Part shown: one piece after another, positions 10,899 to 20,686 of the stretch
Layout of the letters: each line of letters starts with the position of its first letter
How positions within the stretch are numbered: the stretch's first letter is position 1
Source: a bacterium
GTDB lineage: Bacteria; UBA8248
Assembly (NCBI GenBank): GCA_965200245.1
Contig: CBDATS010000004.1
Location: 1,088,001-1,152,000 of the forward strand
DNA length: 64,000 bases
Reading direction: 5' to 3'
The notes under the pieces: model-generated
Told to the model about the DNA's origin: nothing
The model's input: only the letters and a program-made list of their open reading frames with translations
Database searches by the model: none
Made by a program: the position numbers and the translations under genes

Positions 10899-11212
10899 GA
10901 CCGACCGTAATACGCACTATGGCACATATCAACGCACCTAGAACCTCACCGCCGCCGAACCAGGCACCTAACTACTCTCCCACATACCATAGAACTCGTG
11001 ATATCGGCACCTGATACCCAGAGAACAACATCGCGCCAGATCGAAAGCTTCCCTTCACACCAAGGGGTTGCAACGGAGCAGATCGGGACTTCGATCAGAT
11101 GTCGGTTTCAGTGGTTGTCTGCTCCCGAAACCGAAATAAACCATTGAATGAGAGTTCCAAGCAGAAACCAGATCGCGTCCCCAATTCCGGACACCAACAT
11201 CGGTCATGCCCG

Positions 11213-11962
11213 CTAATTTGGGAATCCCTCTCCACCCGCCTCGGCCTCGACGGCTTCGGCCATCTCCGCCATCGAAAAGAATATGAAATCGGTGGTCGGG
11301 ATCGTATCGACCTTCCCCGTCGACCCCCAGCTTCCTCCCTCGGAGAGCCTCTGGCGGTCGATCCAGGCATTGGCAAGACCGAATCGGTTCGCGGGCGCAT
11401 GGTCGTGACGCAGGCTTTGTGCGGTGTGCAGGATGTCCGTACGCTCGAGCCCGAAATCGGATTTCAGGTGCGAGAGGAGGTATTCGAAGTTTGCGTCGGC
11501 GGGCTTGTAGGAACCGATGTCCTCGGCGGTGTAGATCGCGTCGAACCCGACGCCGAGTTTCCGGTTCGAGGCGGCGAAACCATCCCGGTGGACGTTCGAG
11601 AGGATGACGAGCATATAACGCTGCTTCAAGACGCGCAGCGCGTCCGCTGTGTCGGGGAACGCGGGCCAAAATGGTACCGATGCACCGAATGCCTCATCGA
11701 GCGCATCGCCTGTTTCAAGCCCCAGGCTCTCCGCCATGCTCCGGTGCACTCGGGCCAGGAGATCGGGATAGCGAAGTTCGGGGGACGCGTGTTCGTGGTG
11801 GGCTTCCCATTTCGCGAAGGAAAGGAGTGCGGCGTCGCGCGTCACCTCGCCGTCACCGGTCATGATAAGAGGTTGCAAGGCGTCCCAGATTCCGCTCTCC
11901 CAGTCAATGAGCGTGCCGTAGCAATCGAACGTCAGTACCTTGTAATCGGTCAGGCGGGCCAT
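11213..11962 (-). CDS. HAD-superfamily hydrolase (haloacid dehalogenase type II-like)
   Basis: LTFDCYGTLIDWESGI, ILSNV, GSYKP, LHTAQSLRHDHAPA. Confidence 0.92.
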   Translation of the reverse strand: MARLTDYKVLTFDCYGTLIDWESGIWDALQPLIMTGDGEVTRDAALLSFAKWEAHHEHASPELRYPDLLARVHRSMAESLGLETGDALDEAFGASVPFWPAFPDTADALRVLKQRYMLVILSNVHRDGFAASNRKLGVGFDAIYTAEDIGSYKPADANFEYLLSHLKSDFGLERTDILHTAQSLRHDHAPANRFGLANAWIDRQRLSEGGSWGSTGKVDTIPTTDFIFFSMAEMAEAVEAEAGGEGFPN

Positions 11963-12314
11963 GGGTTCGGGCATCCTCGGGAAAGGGGTTCGAATACCTG
12001 GCACTGGCAAGTCCAGGTTATGTTCGGGCAAGGTATCTACGACCGCGTGCAGGGGATGTCAAGGGCTGCCTGGGAGGTGCGATACAACAGGGTCGCCCGG
12101 CGGTTGGATCTGTCTGTGTCAGATACCCGTCATTCATCAACCCGTTTGCATGGCAGAGCGGAATGTTTGTATAGTATGTGTGTTATCTTGGCTTGCCTGA
12201 TTGCATACAGTATACTTTTTGGGTGGTCCCGTCCCGCAGACGCAGGTTGGCGGAACCGGCCGATAATGAAAGTGTTTTTGCAGTTCTCTCATTACATTGC
12301 CTTTGGAGACGCCC

Positions 12315-13484
12315 ATGGCCGAAGAAAAACCCCGCCAATTCGTAGGAAGTGTGGAATTCAAGAAAGGTCTCGAAGGGGCCATAACGAACGAGAGTTCCAT
12401 CAGCTACGTGGATGGAGCGAACGGCAAGCTAATCTATCGCGGATACAGCATCGACGATCTCTGCGCCGGCGGCGGGGGATACGAGGAAACGGCCTATCTG
12501 CTTCTTTACGGAACACTCCCCACCCGGCTCGAACTCGATGCCTTCAATGCGGATCTGGCTTCCCGCCGGGCGATTCCCCCGCGGGTGAAGGGCCTGATCG
12601 TGCAGGTCGCCGATATCTGCCATCCCATGAGCACGCTGCGCACTGCCGTCTCCATGCTCGGGTGCCTGAATCCCAGGGAGTTCGAGGTGACGGTGGAGAA
12701 CAATTTCGACATCGCCCTCACGCTCACGGCGCAGTTCCCCACCCTCGTGGCGGCCATCCAGCGGGCGAGGCGGGGCGATTTCATGCTGGAACCCGACCCC
12801 TCGAAGGGGCTCTCCGAGGATTTCCTGCGCATGATGACGGGTGAGACGCCCGACGCCCGCACCGTGGAGGTGATGGACATGGCCCTCATCATCCACGCCG
12901 AGCACGGCATGAACGCCTCCACCTTCTCCTCGATGGTCACGAACAGTTCGCTCACGGATTTCTACAGTTCCATTGTCGCGGGCATCGGCTCGCTGAAGGG
13001 CCCCCTTCACGGCGGCGCGAACGAGGCCACCCTGCGCACGTTCCAGGAGATTGGAGACCCGGCCACGACGGAGGAATGGTTTGCGGCGGCGAAGCAAAAG
13101 AAAGTCAAGGTAATGGGCTTCGGCCACCGCGTGTACAAGGCATACGACCCGAGGGCACGCCTGTTCGACCCCATCGCCAGGGAATTCTCGGAACGCGCCG
13201 GCACGGGTCACCTCTACGAGATCGCGAAAAAGCTCGAAGCTCTCGTGGTAGCGGATCTGGGCGGCAGGGGCATTTTCCCCAACGTCGATTTTTTCTCGGG
13301 AATAATCTATGACGCCATGGGCATCGACACGGACATGTTCACGCCCATCTTTGCCGTGCCGCGCATCGCCGGGTGGTCGGCGCGCATTCTGGAGTATCTG
13401 CCCGAGAACCGGCTTTTCAGGCCTCGCGCGGTCTACATCGGCGACCTGGAGTCACAGTACACGCCGATTGCCGAGCGTGGCTAG
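12315..13484 (+). CDS. Citrate/2-methylcitrate synthase (dimeric type)
   Basis: KGLEG, LIYRGY, HAEHGMNASTF, GPLHGGANE, GFGHRVYK..DPR, FPNVDF. Confidence 0.95.
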   Translation: MAEEKPRQFVGSVEFKKGLEGAITNESSISYVDGANGKLIYRGYSIDDLCAGGGGYEETAYLLLYGTLPTRLELDAFNADLASRRAIPPRVKGLIVQVADICHPMSTLRTAVSMLGCLNPREFEVTVENNFDIALTLTAQFPTLVAAIQRARRGDFMLEPDPSKGLSEDFLRMMTGETPDARTVEVMDMALIIHAEHGMNASTFSSMVTNSSLTDFYSSIVAGIGSLKGPLHGGANEATLRTFQEIGDPATTEEWFAAAKQKKVKVMGFGHRVYKAYDPRARLFDPIAREFSERAGTGHLYEIAKKLEALVVADLGGRGIFPNVDFFSGIIYDAMGIDTDMFTPIFAVPRIAGWSARILEYLPENRLFRPRAVYIGDLESQYTPIAERG

Positions 13485-13502
13485 ACAAAAACGCGAAAAC
13501 TC

Positions 13503-13535
13503 AAGGGCGGCTCCCGGGAGGGAGTCGCCTTTTTT
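13503..13535 (+). terminator. Intrinsic terminator-like hairpin
   Basis: AAGGGCGGCTCCC-GGGA-GGGAGTCGCC followed by a T run, just after the citrate synthase stop. Confidence 0.75.
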
Positions 13536-13576
13536 CGTCCGTTTCCTGTGTAACCCGAAACCGTGAAGGGGTCTCC

Positions 13577-13999
13577 GTGGCGTTCGAAGAGGGCTTTCTG
13601 GTCGAGACGAAAGGATGGACGGACGTTCTGAACGTCACGCCTCAGGTGGAACGCATTGTTTCGGCAAGCGGGGTGCAAAGCGGAATCGTCCTCGCCTTCA
13701 CGCCCGGATCGACGGCAGGCCTCACGACGATAGAGTATGAGCCGGGCGCGGTTTCGGATTTGAAGGACGCCGTCGCCCGCCTCGCGCCCGAGGGTATCGC
13801 CTATGCGCACGATGCGCGCTGGGGGGACGGGAACGGTTTCTCCCACGTGCGCGCCGCCCTGCTGGGGCCTAGCCTAGCACTTCCCGTCCGGGGAGGGACG
13901 CTCCTCACCGGAACGTGGCAGCAGATTGTCCTGATCGATTTCGACAATCGCCCGAGGAGCAGGCGTGTGGAGGTGCAGGTTCTGGGCGATGCGTCCTGA
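13577..13999 (+). CDS. yjbQ: YjbQ/UPF0047 secondary thiamine-phosphate synthase family protein
   Basis: GSTAGLTTIEYEPG, YAHD..WGDGNGFSHVRAALLGPS, LLTGTWQQIVLIDFD. GTG start after a GAAGGGG RBS. Confidence 0.9.
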   Translation: MAFEEGFLVETKGWTDVLNVTPQVERIVSASGVQSGIVLAFTPGSTAGLTTIEYEPGAVSDLKDAVARLAPEGIAYAHDARWGDGNGFSHVRAALLGPSLALPVRGGTLLTGTWQQIVLIDFDNRPRSRRVEVQVLGDAS

Positions 14000-14080
14000 T
14001 CAATCCGCGCCGGTCTCGCACACGCCGGCACGTTGATCGGAAATCGTGACACCCGAATTCCGGCAGGGAAGCATGAACGG

Positions 14081-14515
14081 CTAGTCGTCGCCTTCTGCGA
14101 ATTCCTCGAAGGTGTAGAACAACCCATCCAGCACCCGCGCCGCCTGTTCGTCCACGCCCGGCTTGTCGAGGGGCAGGTCGATGGCGTAGCGGAACACGCC
14201 GTCGTGGTAGTGTTCCACCTTGTGCTCTTCTTCCTCGCCGGCTTCCTCCATGCCATCATAGATGAAATCGTCAATCGGGTCCTTGCTGTCGAGGATGGCG
14301 TGTTCGATGTCCTCGTTCATGTAGCGATCAGCGGTGGCGAAGCTGATCCGGAGCTTGCCCTCGGCTTCGTTCTTCTCGAACTCGAACCAGCAGACATCGT
14401 TCACGACAAGCCGGATGGATCGGCCCGCCGGATCGGGTTCGGGCGTGAAGCGGTCGTCTGCGGCGTAGCGTTTGATCATGCCTGTAATGATGTCAGCCAA
14501 AACGGAAGCCTCCAT
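14081..14515 (-). CDS. Hypothetical acidic protein
   Basis: 144-aa ORF with host-like codon usage, very rich in D/E; no family recognised. Confidence 0.7.
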   Translation of the reverse strand: MEASVLADIITGMIKRYAADDRFTPEPDPAGRSIRLVVNDVCWFEFEKNEAEGKLRISFATADRYMNEDIEHAILDSKDPIDDFIYDGMEEAGEEEEHKVEHYHDGVFRYAIDLPLDKPGVDEQAARVLDGLFYTFEEFAEGDD

Positions 14516-14746
14516 GCACTCGGGTTTTTGGGAATGTGAAAAGCGTTCCTGCCTCGTTCGGGGGGAAATATAACTTGGAGTCCTCGTTTCGCCAAGCGGC
14601 GCCTTGGCCCGAAAACCCGGGGTTGCCCTGTCACGGCGGCCGTTCGTTGCAGGAGAGGTCCGGCAGCGTTCCCGAAACGCGAAGGGGGTGAACGGCGCGC
14701 CATTCGGGCAACTCCGCTCACCCCCAGTGCAGCCTGGGTTTTCAGC

Positions 14747-15727
14747 CTATTTCTTCATCGTCATGTCTTTGATGAGTTGCGTATAGGCGTCGTAATTCGG
14801 TTTTCTGGTCTTCTCGTAGTCGCCACCGCTCATGAACTGCACGCCTTCGCCGATACTGCGCATGAAGCGCTTGAAGGACTTGTTCTTCGTGAGCTTCACG
14901 AAGGCCTCCCGCAGGGTTTTCAGCCTGTCGGCGGGCGTCTTGGAAGGCGCAAAGAAGACGCGATCCATCTTGAAGCCCACTCCCTTGTAGCCGAGTTCCT
15001 CCGTGGTGGGGACATCCTTGAAATCCTTGTCCTTCGATAGGCGCTTGTTGCCTGTGAGCGCGAGCACGGTGACCTTCCCGGCCTTTTTGTGGGGGCGAAG
15101 CTGGGTCGGGAAGGCGATGCCCACATCGTCCTGGCCCGAGAGGACGGCGCGCAGCGCCGGACCGCCACCTTTGTGCGGGATGAAATTCACCTTGATGCCC
15201 GCAGCGCGCACGAACTGCATGGAGGGCACGTGACCGGCACCCCAGACACCGCTGTGGCCCCAGTTGACCTTGCCGGGGTTTTTCTTGGCGTGCGCGACGA
15301 ATTCCTTCATGGATTTCCACGGCCTGTCTGCCAGGGAGAAGAACACCGGCTGCGCGTGGTTGATCTTGGCGACGGCCGAAAGGTCGCGCATCGTGTTGAA
15401 GGGCACCTTGCGCGTTTGCGGCACGAGTTGGTCGAAGCCGTTGTGGCTGAATAACAGGGTGTAGCCGTCCGCCTTGGCCTTGGCGACGAAACCGGTGCCC
15501 TTCATGCCCGCGCCGCCTGGCACGAGTTTCACGACCATGGGCTGGCCAAGGATGTCGGCGATGATGCTGGTGATGCCACGCGCGTGGAGGTCGTGGCTGC
15601 CGCCCGCACTCACCGGCAGGACAAGCGTGATGGGCCGATCCGGGTAGGCCGCCGTGCTCGCGGCAGGCGCGCCCAGCGAGACGACGAGGCCCAGGATGGC
15701 CAGGATGACGAAGAAGCGTCTTTTCAT
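14747..15727 (-). CDS. tctC: Tripartite tricarboxylate transporter substrate-binding protein (Bug/TctC)
   Basis: Signal peptide MKRRFFVILAILG..., YPDRPITLVLP..AGGSHD, PGGAG, ADGYTLL, VPTTEELG. This is the real 3-prime part of the 1014-aa ORF. Confidence 0.92.
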   Translation of the reverse strand: MKRRFFVILAILGLVVSLGAPAASTAAYPDRPITLVLPVSAGGSHDLHARGITSIIADILGQPMVVKLVPGGAGMKGTGFVAKAKADGYTLLFSHNGFDQLVPQTRKVPFNTMRDLSAVAKINHAQPVFFSLADRPWKSMKEFVAHAKKNPGKVNWGHSGVWGAGHVPSMQFVRAAGIKVNFIPHKGGGPALRAVLSGQDDVGIAFPTQLRPHKKAGKVTVLALTGNKRLSKDKDFKDVPTTEELGYKGVGFKMDRVFFAPSKTPADRLKTLREAFVKLTKNKSFKRFMRSIGEGVQFMSGGDYEKTRKPNYDAYTQLIKDMTMKK

Positions 15728-15753
15728 GATGGTCTCCTTTGATGAACGTGCCC

Positions 15754-17259
15754 TCATGAGACGGCGTGCCCCCTGGCCCGCCGCCACATCGGGCGAAAAA
15801 TGAGGTAAACGATCCATGCCAGCGCCGCTACCAGGAAAGCGGACGCTATCGGCCTTTCGAAAAACAGGTACGACAACGGGGCGCCCTTCGCGTACAGCAT
15901 CGACTGGCTCAGGCGGTATTCTATCGGCTCGGCCAGCACGAAGGCGATGATGAGAGGCGCCAGATCGAACTTGAACTTCCTTAGAATATAGGCGCATACG
16001 CCGATGATGACCATCAGTATCACGTCGGTGTTCGCTCCCGTAGAGAGCGTGCCCACGAAAGCGAGCGCCACGATGACGGGGATGAGATACGCCTTTTTGA
16101 ACTGAATGGCTCGGGCGAAAGGCTTGAGCAGGACGTAGCCCAGGAAGAAGAACAGCACGTTCGCCAGCACCATCGTGAGAATGAGCGCGTACATGAGCGC
16201 GCCCTGTTCCTGGAATATCTGGGGTCCGGGCCGCATGCCGTGGGCCACGAACGCGCCGAGCAGGATGGCCGTCACGTTGTCTCCCGGAATGCCGAGCGTC
16301 AGCAAGGGAACCAGCGTGGGACCGTTCACGGCGTTGTTGGCGGCCTCGGGTGCTGCGATGCCGTCGAGTTCGCCCTTGCCGAAGTTCTCGGGCGTCTTCG
16401 AGGCACGCTTCGCCGCACTGTAGCCGATGAAGGCGGCCACCACCTGTCCCACCCCCGGCACCATACCGATGCCCGTTCCAATGGCGGTCGAGCGCAAGAT
16501 GGAACGGATCGACGCCTTGAACTCGCGCCAGCGCAGACGTTCTCCCGTCCTGGAGAGGTCCACGTGTTCGCCGATGAAGCGCACCGTGCGCGATTCGACC
16601 GCCTCGAGTATTTCCGGCATCGCGAAGATGCCGATGGCCAGCGGGATGAGAGGAATGCCCCCGCTCAGGGCTTCCAGGCCGAACGTCATGCGTGTGGCGC
16701 CGGTGGTGGCGTCGGTGCCGATGAAGCCCAACCCCATGCCGATGCAGGCGGCGATGGCTCCCTTGAGCCCTGAATCGCTCGAGACGCTCGCAATGAGCAC
16801 GAGCGAAAAGATGATGACGGCGAACACCTCGGGCGGACCGATGAGCAGCGTGATGATGGCGATGGGGCCGATCAGCGCCAAGGTGAAGACGTCGGACACC
16901 GTATCGGCGATGGTGGAAGAGAACAGCGCCATCTCGAGCGCCTTTCGCCCCTCGCCCTTGCGGGTGAGCGCGGGACCGTCGAAGGTCGTGGCAATGGATG
17001 CGCCCGTTCCCGGAATACCGACCAGAATCGCCGGGATGCTGCCCCCGTAGATGCCGCCCTTGTAGATGCCAATCAGAAACGGGATGCCGAGCATGGGTTC
17101 GAGCTTGAAGGAAATCGGCAGGAGGACCGACATGGCGAGAATGGTGGTGAGACCCGGCATCGCGCCCACGAACATGCCGATGGTCAATCCTGCGCAAATG
17201 TAGAGATAGGTGTCCACGCGCATCAAGAGAGCGAAGGCCTGAAGGAAAGCGTCGAGCAA
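15754..17259 (-). CDS. tctA: Tripartite tricarboxylate transporter large permease
   Basis: GAMPGLT, YGGSIPAILVGIPG, APEAANNA, LTLGIPG, G.RPGP. Confidence 0.95.
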   Translation of the reverse strand: MLDAFLQAFALLMRVDTYLYICAGLTIGMFVGAMPGLTTILAMSVLLPISFKLEPMLGIPFLIGIYKGGIYGGSIPAILVGIPGTGASIATTFDGPALTRKGEGRKALEMALFSSTIADTVSDVFTLALIGPIAIITLLIGPPEVFAVIIFSLVLIASVSSDSGLKGAIAACIGMGLGFIGTDATTGATRMTFGLEALSGGIPLIPLAIGIFAMPEILEAVESRTVRFIGEHVDLSRTGERLRWREFKASIRSILRSTAIGTGIGMVPGVGQVVAAFIGYSAAKRASKTPENFGKGELDGIAAPEAANNAVNGPTLVPLLTLGIPGDNVTAILLGAFVAHGMRPGPQIFQEQGALMYALILTMVLANVLFFFLGYVLLKPFARAIQFKKAYLIPVIVALAFVGTLSTGANTDVILMVIIGVCAYILRKFKFDLAPLIIAFVLAEPIEYRLSQSMLYAKGAPLSYLFFERPIASAFLVAALAWIVYLIFRPMWRRARGHAVS

Positions 17260-17271
17260 GACAGGGCCTCC

Positions 17272-17850
17272 CTATTTTCCCAGGAATATGCCGGACAGAA
17301 ACTTCATGATCACATCCTCGACCACGGCGATGGCCTCGTAATCGCTCCTCGGCAGCGAGATGAGCAACATCCTCTCGAAGACGAAGCGCACGACGATGGG
17401 CATCAGGATGGAGACGGGGGCGACGATCCATATTTGCCGTATACCCAGATACCAGATGACCACGCCTGCCATCAAAAGCGTCGACAGACCGTAGCCAAGT
17501 GCAGAGACCAGAAGGGAATAGGCGGTGATGACGGCGATCATCAGCACCCCGCGCCGGAAGCGTTCCGCTTCGCCCGGATCCTCGGCGGACTGGACGTGGC
17601 GTGCCCTTTGCCAGGCACCGATCAGGTAGAACCCGCACAGGACGGCGAGCACGGCGAAGGCGAGTCTCGGGAAGAAAACGGGCGTGAGGCGCAGGAAATC
17701 CTGCGCAGAGGATATGCCACCCGACGCGATGAAGTAGGGCATGAAGATCGCGAACCCCGCCGCGAGGAGCGTCATCGCCGCGGCCAGGCAAATCTCCATT
17801 CGCAGCATCGCGGGGCTTGGCGTGTCCGCCGATTCGTTGTCCGAAGACAT
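17272..17850 (-). CDS. tctB: Tripartite tricarboxylate transporter small permease
   Basis: 4-5 TM segments, PVFFPRL and FERMLLISLP motifs, directly upstream of tctA. Confidence 0.85.
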   Translation of the reverse strand: MSSDNESADTPSPAMLRMEICLAAAMTLLAAGFAIFMPYFIASGGISSAQDFLRLTPVFFPRLAFAVLAVLCGFYLIGAWQRARHVQSAEDPGEAERFRRGVLMIAVITAYSLLVSALGYGLSTLLMAGVVIWYLGIRQIWIVAPVSILMPIVVRFVFERMLLISLPRSDYEAIAVVEDVIMKFLSGIFLGK

Positions 17851-18040
17851 GGACCGTCCTATCGTATGAGGTCGTATTGTTCCCGCCGACCCGGGAGCGT
17901 TCCCCATCGTCTGATGAAGTGGTTTCGTTCCAGGGATTCTCGTATTATTCACCAAATGGATTGCAGGGGCAAACTTTCATCCCATTCGTTCACGAGCGCG
18001 CACCGCGTGCGCAAACCGAAGTTTCCAGGAGAGACATTTC

Positions 18041-18424
18041 ATGAAAATCATCAATTCCATGAGTGTGGACAAGGACAACGTCTACGAGCCTCCCTATTCC
18101 ATCATGTGGGGAGTGAACGACGAGACGACAGACACGAAGGTCATGACCATGCAGCGCACCATCATCCCCCCCGGCGGGAAGAACAAGATGCACACCCACA
18201 CGTGCGATGCGGTATTTTATGTGAACAAGGGGCCGATATACGTTTATTGTGGAGATCCGGCGAATCCCGAGAAGCATCTGGTCGAGGCAGGGCATTTCTG
18301 CTACGCGCCCGCCGGCGAACCGCACGGACAGGAGAACCCGAGCCAAACGGAACCCGCCGAACTCATCGCCACCTACGGGAACTGCTCCCACCAGGACAAG
18401 GCGGGCACGACCTTCGTGGAGTAG
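18041..18424 (+). CDS. Cupin-domain protein
   Basis: PPGG...HTHTCDAVFYV..G and YAPAGEPH cupin motifs; AGGAG RBS. Confidence 0.88.
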   Translation: MKIINSMSVDKDNVYEPPYSIMWGVNDETTDTKVMTMQRTIIPPGGKNKMHTHTCDAVFYVNKGPIYVYCGDPANPEKHLVEAGHFCYAPAGEPHGQENPSQTEPAELIATYGNCSHQDKAGTTFVE

Positions 18425-18459
18425 CTTTCCGATCAATCCCATAACTATGGAGTCACGAG

Positions 18460-19200
18460 ATGGATCGAGGAATATGGGCGTCCTGGTACGATCTGCCCGA
18501 AGACAGAAGAGACGACTACTGCGCCTGGCTGCACGGGTGTCACCTGCCCGCCATACGGCAGCGGGCGGGCTTTCTCTGGGCGGCGCACTATGAAGTCACA
18601 GGCGGCGGGGCGCAGATGGACGAGGTGAAGAACACAGCCCTCACCTATGCGACGCCCGATACGCTTCCCGGCGGCACGCAGTACGTGCTGCTGTTCGGGG
18701 CGGTCTCGCCACACGTCTTTTTCGACCCCACGCTGGCGGATCTCGCGAAAGGACACGATGAAGAGACGAGGGCCATGCTGGGCCTTCGCGAGGGGTATCG
18801 CGAGTGCATATTCAGCGAGGAAACGCGCGTGGACGGTCCCTCCGTGAACTCAAGAGGTCCCGGCATCACGCCCGGACCTGCAATCCAGATGGGGCAGTTT
18901 CTCGCGCAGGATGCGGAGGCGGAACACGACCTCGGCGCCTGGTACGCGCAGTATCGCCTGAAATTCATGGAACAGATGCCCGGCTGTATCGGCACCCGGA
19001 AGCTGCTCTCCGCCGCAGGCTGGGCCAAGCACTCGATTCTGTATGAGTTCACCTCGATCGAGGCGAGGGAGGAAGGTTTCCAGAAGCACGAGAGTCTTTC
19101 GCTCGATGAGAGCGGCTGGTCGGGCCGGGTGGTGAGAACGCTTGTCCACGCACCCGGCAGCCCCAGTGTGGCCCGTCGCCTCTGGCCGCCCGTGAACTGA
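18460..19200 (+). CDS. Hypothetical protein with two EthD/DUF4286-like dimeric alpha-beta barrel repeats
   Basis: Two repeats, DDYCAWLHGCHLPAIRQRAGFLWAAHY and DLGAWYAQYRLKFMEQMPGCIGTRKL...ILYEF. Confidence 0.7.
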   Translation: MDRGIWASWYDLPEDRRDDYCAWLHGCHLPAIRQRAGFLWAAHYEVTGGGAQMDEVKNTALTYATPDTLPGGTQYVLLFGAVSPHVFFDPTLADLAKGHDEETRAMLGLREGYRECIFSEETRVDGPSVNSRGPGITPGPAIQMGQFLAQDAEAEHDLGAWYAQYRLKFMEQMPGCIGTRKLLSAAGWAKHSILYEFTSIEAREEGFQKHESLSLDESGWSGRVVRTLVHAPGSPSVARRLWPPVN

Positions 19201-19231
19201 ACCTTGAAACCCGGATCAGGAGGAAATCCCG

Positions 19232-19933
19232 ATGGCGCAACTACCGATTCTGAGTGATGAGGAGGCCGGCCCCGAGGCCGCCGTGGTGTTCGACGCGAGC
19301 CGCAAGATGTTCGGACGCGTGGCGAACGCCATCCGCGTGAGTTCGGCCAGCCCGAGAATGCTTCAGCCGCTTTTCGGTTTTCTGATCTCGCTGTGCCGGG
19401 CGGAAATCACCGATGTGCTGGACGCAAGGACAAAGGCGCTGCTCATTCTCAAGACCTCGATGGAAAACGGGTGCAAGTACTGAACGGCGCACAACGTCAC
19501 GTTCGGTCGAGCGTGCGGGCTGTCGGATGCGCAAATCGACGCCCTGAGGGACGACGCCTATCAGGAATCGGACCTGTTCACGGACCCGGAGAAGGCGGTC
19601 ATCGCCTGGGCCTATCACCTGACGAAATACACTTTCGCCAGGCACCCCGAAGCTCTCGAGAATATGAAGAAGCATTTCGATCACGCCCAGATCGTCGAGG
19701 CGACGCTGGTGTCTGGCTATTTCAACATGTGGAACCGTTTCACCGACGCGCTCGAGACCGATCTCGAGGGCGATGACCAGATGACCCTGTTTACCAAATC
19801 CGCCGTGATCGACAGGGATGTCTTCGCGGAGTTCATGAACGAGTGCTGGTGGGCGCAAGAGGACACAGCCAGGGAGGAGAAAAAACACTCTCCGCTTCCG
19901 CCGGTTCAGGAGCGTGATTTGCCAAGTTCCTGA
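19232..19933 (+). CDS. AhpD/carboxymuconolactone-decarboxylase family selenoprotein (CxxU)
   Basis: ORFs 19232..19483 and 19664..19933 are in frame. Read-through gives TSMENGCKY-U-TAHNVTFGRACGLSDAQIDAL...EKAVIAWA...FDHAQIVEATLVSGYFNMWNRFTDAL, with UGA at the second Cys of the AhpD CxxCxxH motif. Confidence 0.9.
19495..19517 (+). promoter_or_regulatory. Candidate bacterial SECIS element
   Basis: CG-U-CACGUUC-GGUC-GAGCGUG-CG hairpin starting 12 nt after the UGA, with a bulged U and a GGUC apical loop like E. coli fdhF. Confidence 0.75.
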
Positions 19934-19960
19934 GAAGCGCCTTGCGGATTCGCCCGGCGG

Positions 19961-20686
19961 TCAGACGCCCAGGAAGCGGGACTTGATCTCCTCGTTATCG
20001 GCGAGTTCTCCCGGGGTGGACGAGTGGACCACGCGCCCCCGGTTCAGCACGTGCACGTAATCGCACGAACCGAGCGCGAACTTCATGTTCTGCTCGACCA
20101 GCAGGATGGCGAGCCTGCTCTCCTTGAGTTTCGACAGGGTCTCCCCCATCGCGCGTACCAGAAGTGGTGCTAGCCCTTCGGTCGGTTCATCCAGAAGGAG
20201 CATCCTGGGGTTCGTCATCAGCGAACGGGCGAAGGCCAGCATCTGCTGCTCCCCACCGCTTAGCTGGTTGCCCATGTTGCGTAGGCGTTCCTTGAGGCGC
20301 GGGAACAGAGCAAGCACTCGATCCATATCCCAGGGTTCATCACTGCTCCCGGCGGTGCCTTGCTTCTCGCCGAGCAGGAGGTTCTCCATCACGGTGAGCG
20401 AAGGGAAAATCCGCCGTCCCTGAGGCACGAGCGCCACACCGAGGTTCACAATCTCGTGCGGCTGCAGCGTCGTGATGTCCGTGCCGTCGAACGTCACTTT
20501 TCCCTTGCGTGGTTTCATGAACCCGATGATCGAACGTATGAGCGTGGTCTTGCCCATGCCGTTTCGGCCCAGAACAGCCATCACCTGCCCCTCTGCGATC
20601 TCGAGGGAAAGCCCCTGCAGGACATAGCTGTCCCCGTAATAAGTGTGGATGTCGTCCACTTTGAGCATCGGGTCGTTATCAGTCAT
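19961..20686 (-). CDS. livF: Branched-chain amino acid-type ABC transporter ATPase
   Basis: GRNGMGKTT, VPQGRRIF, LSGGEQQM, LDEPTEGLAP, VEQN. Confidence 0.93.
   Translation of the reverse strand: MTDNDPMLKVDDIHTYYGDSYVLQGLSLEIAEGQVMAVLGRNGMGKTTLIRSIIGFMKPRKGKVTFDGTDITTLQPHEIVNLGVALVPQGRRIFPSLTVMENLLLGEKQGTAGSSDEPWDMDRVLALFPRLKERLRNMGNQLSGGEQQMLAFARSLMTNPRMLLLDEPTEGLAPLLVRAMGETLSKLKESRLAILLVEQNMKFALGSCDYVHVLNRGRVVHSSTPGELADNEEIKSRFLGV

Noticed and set aside
12165-12215. GTATA-containing imperfect palindromes upstream of citrate synthase as a GntR-type operator
   Set aside because: Symmetry is weak and no regulator gene is in the window; it cannot be supported from sequence alone.
11099-12844. 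Long antisense or overlapping ORFs (also 33326..34867, 41624..43393, 57230..58756, 62203..63360)
   Set aside because: Reverse-frame shadows of well-supported genes, expected at high GC; no recognisable motifs.
14747-17791. 1014-aa ORF as one giant protein
   Set aside because: The first ~690 aa are an off-frame shadow of tctB/tctA; only the part from 15727 is TctC, with its own RBS and signal peptide.
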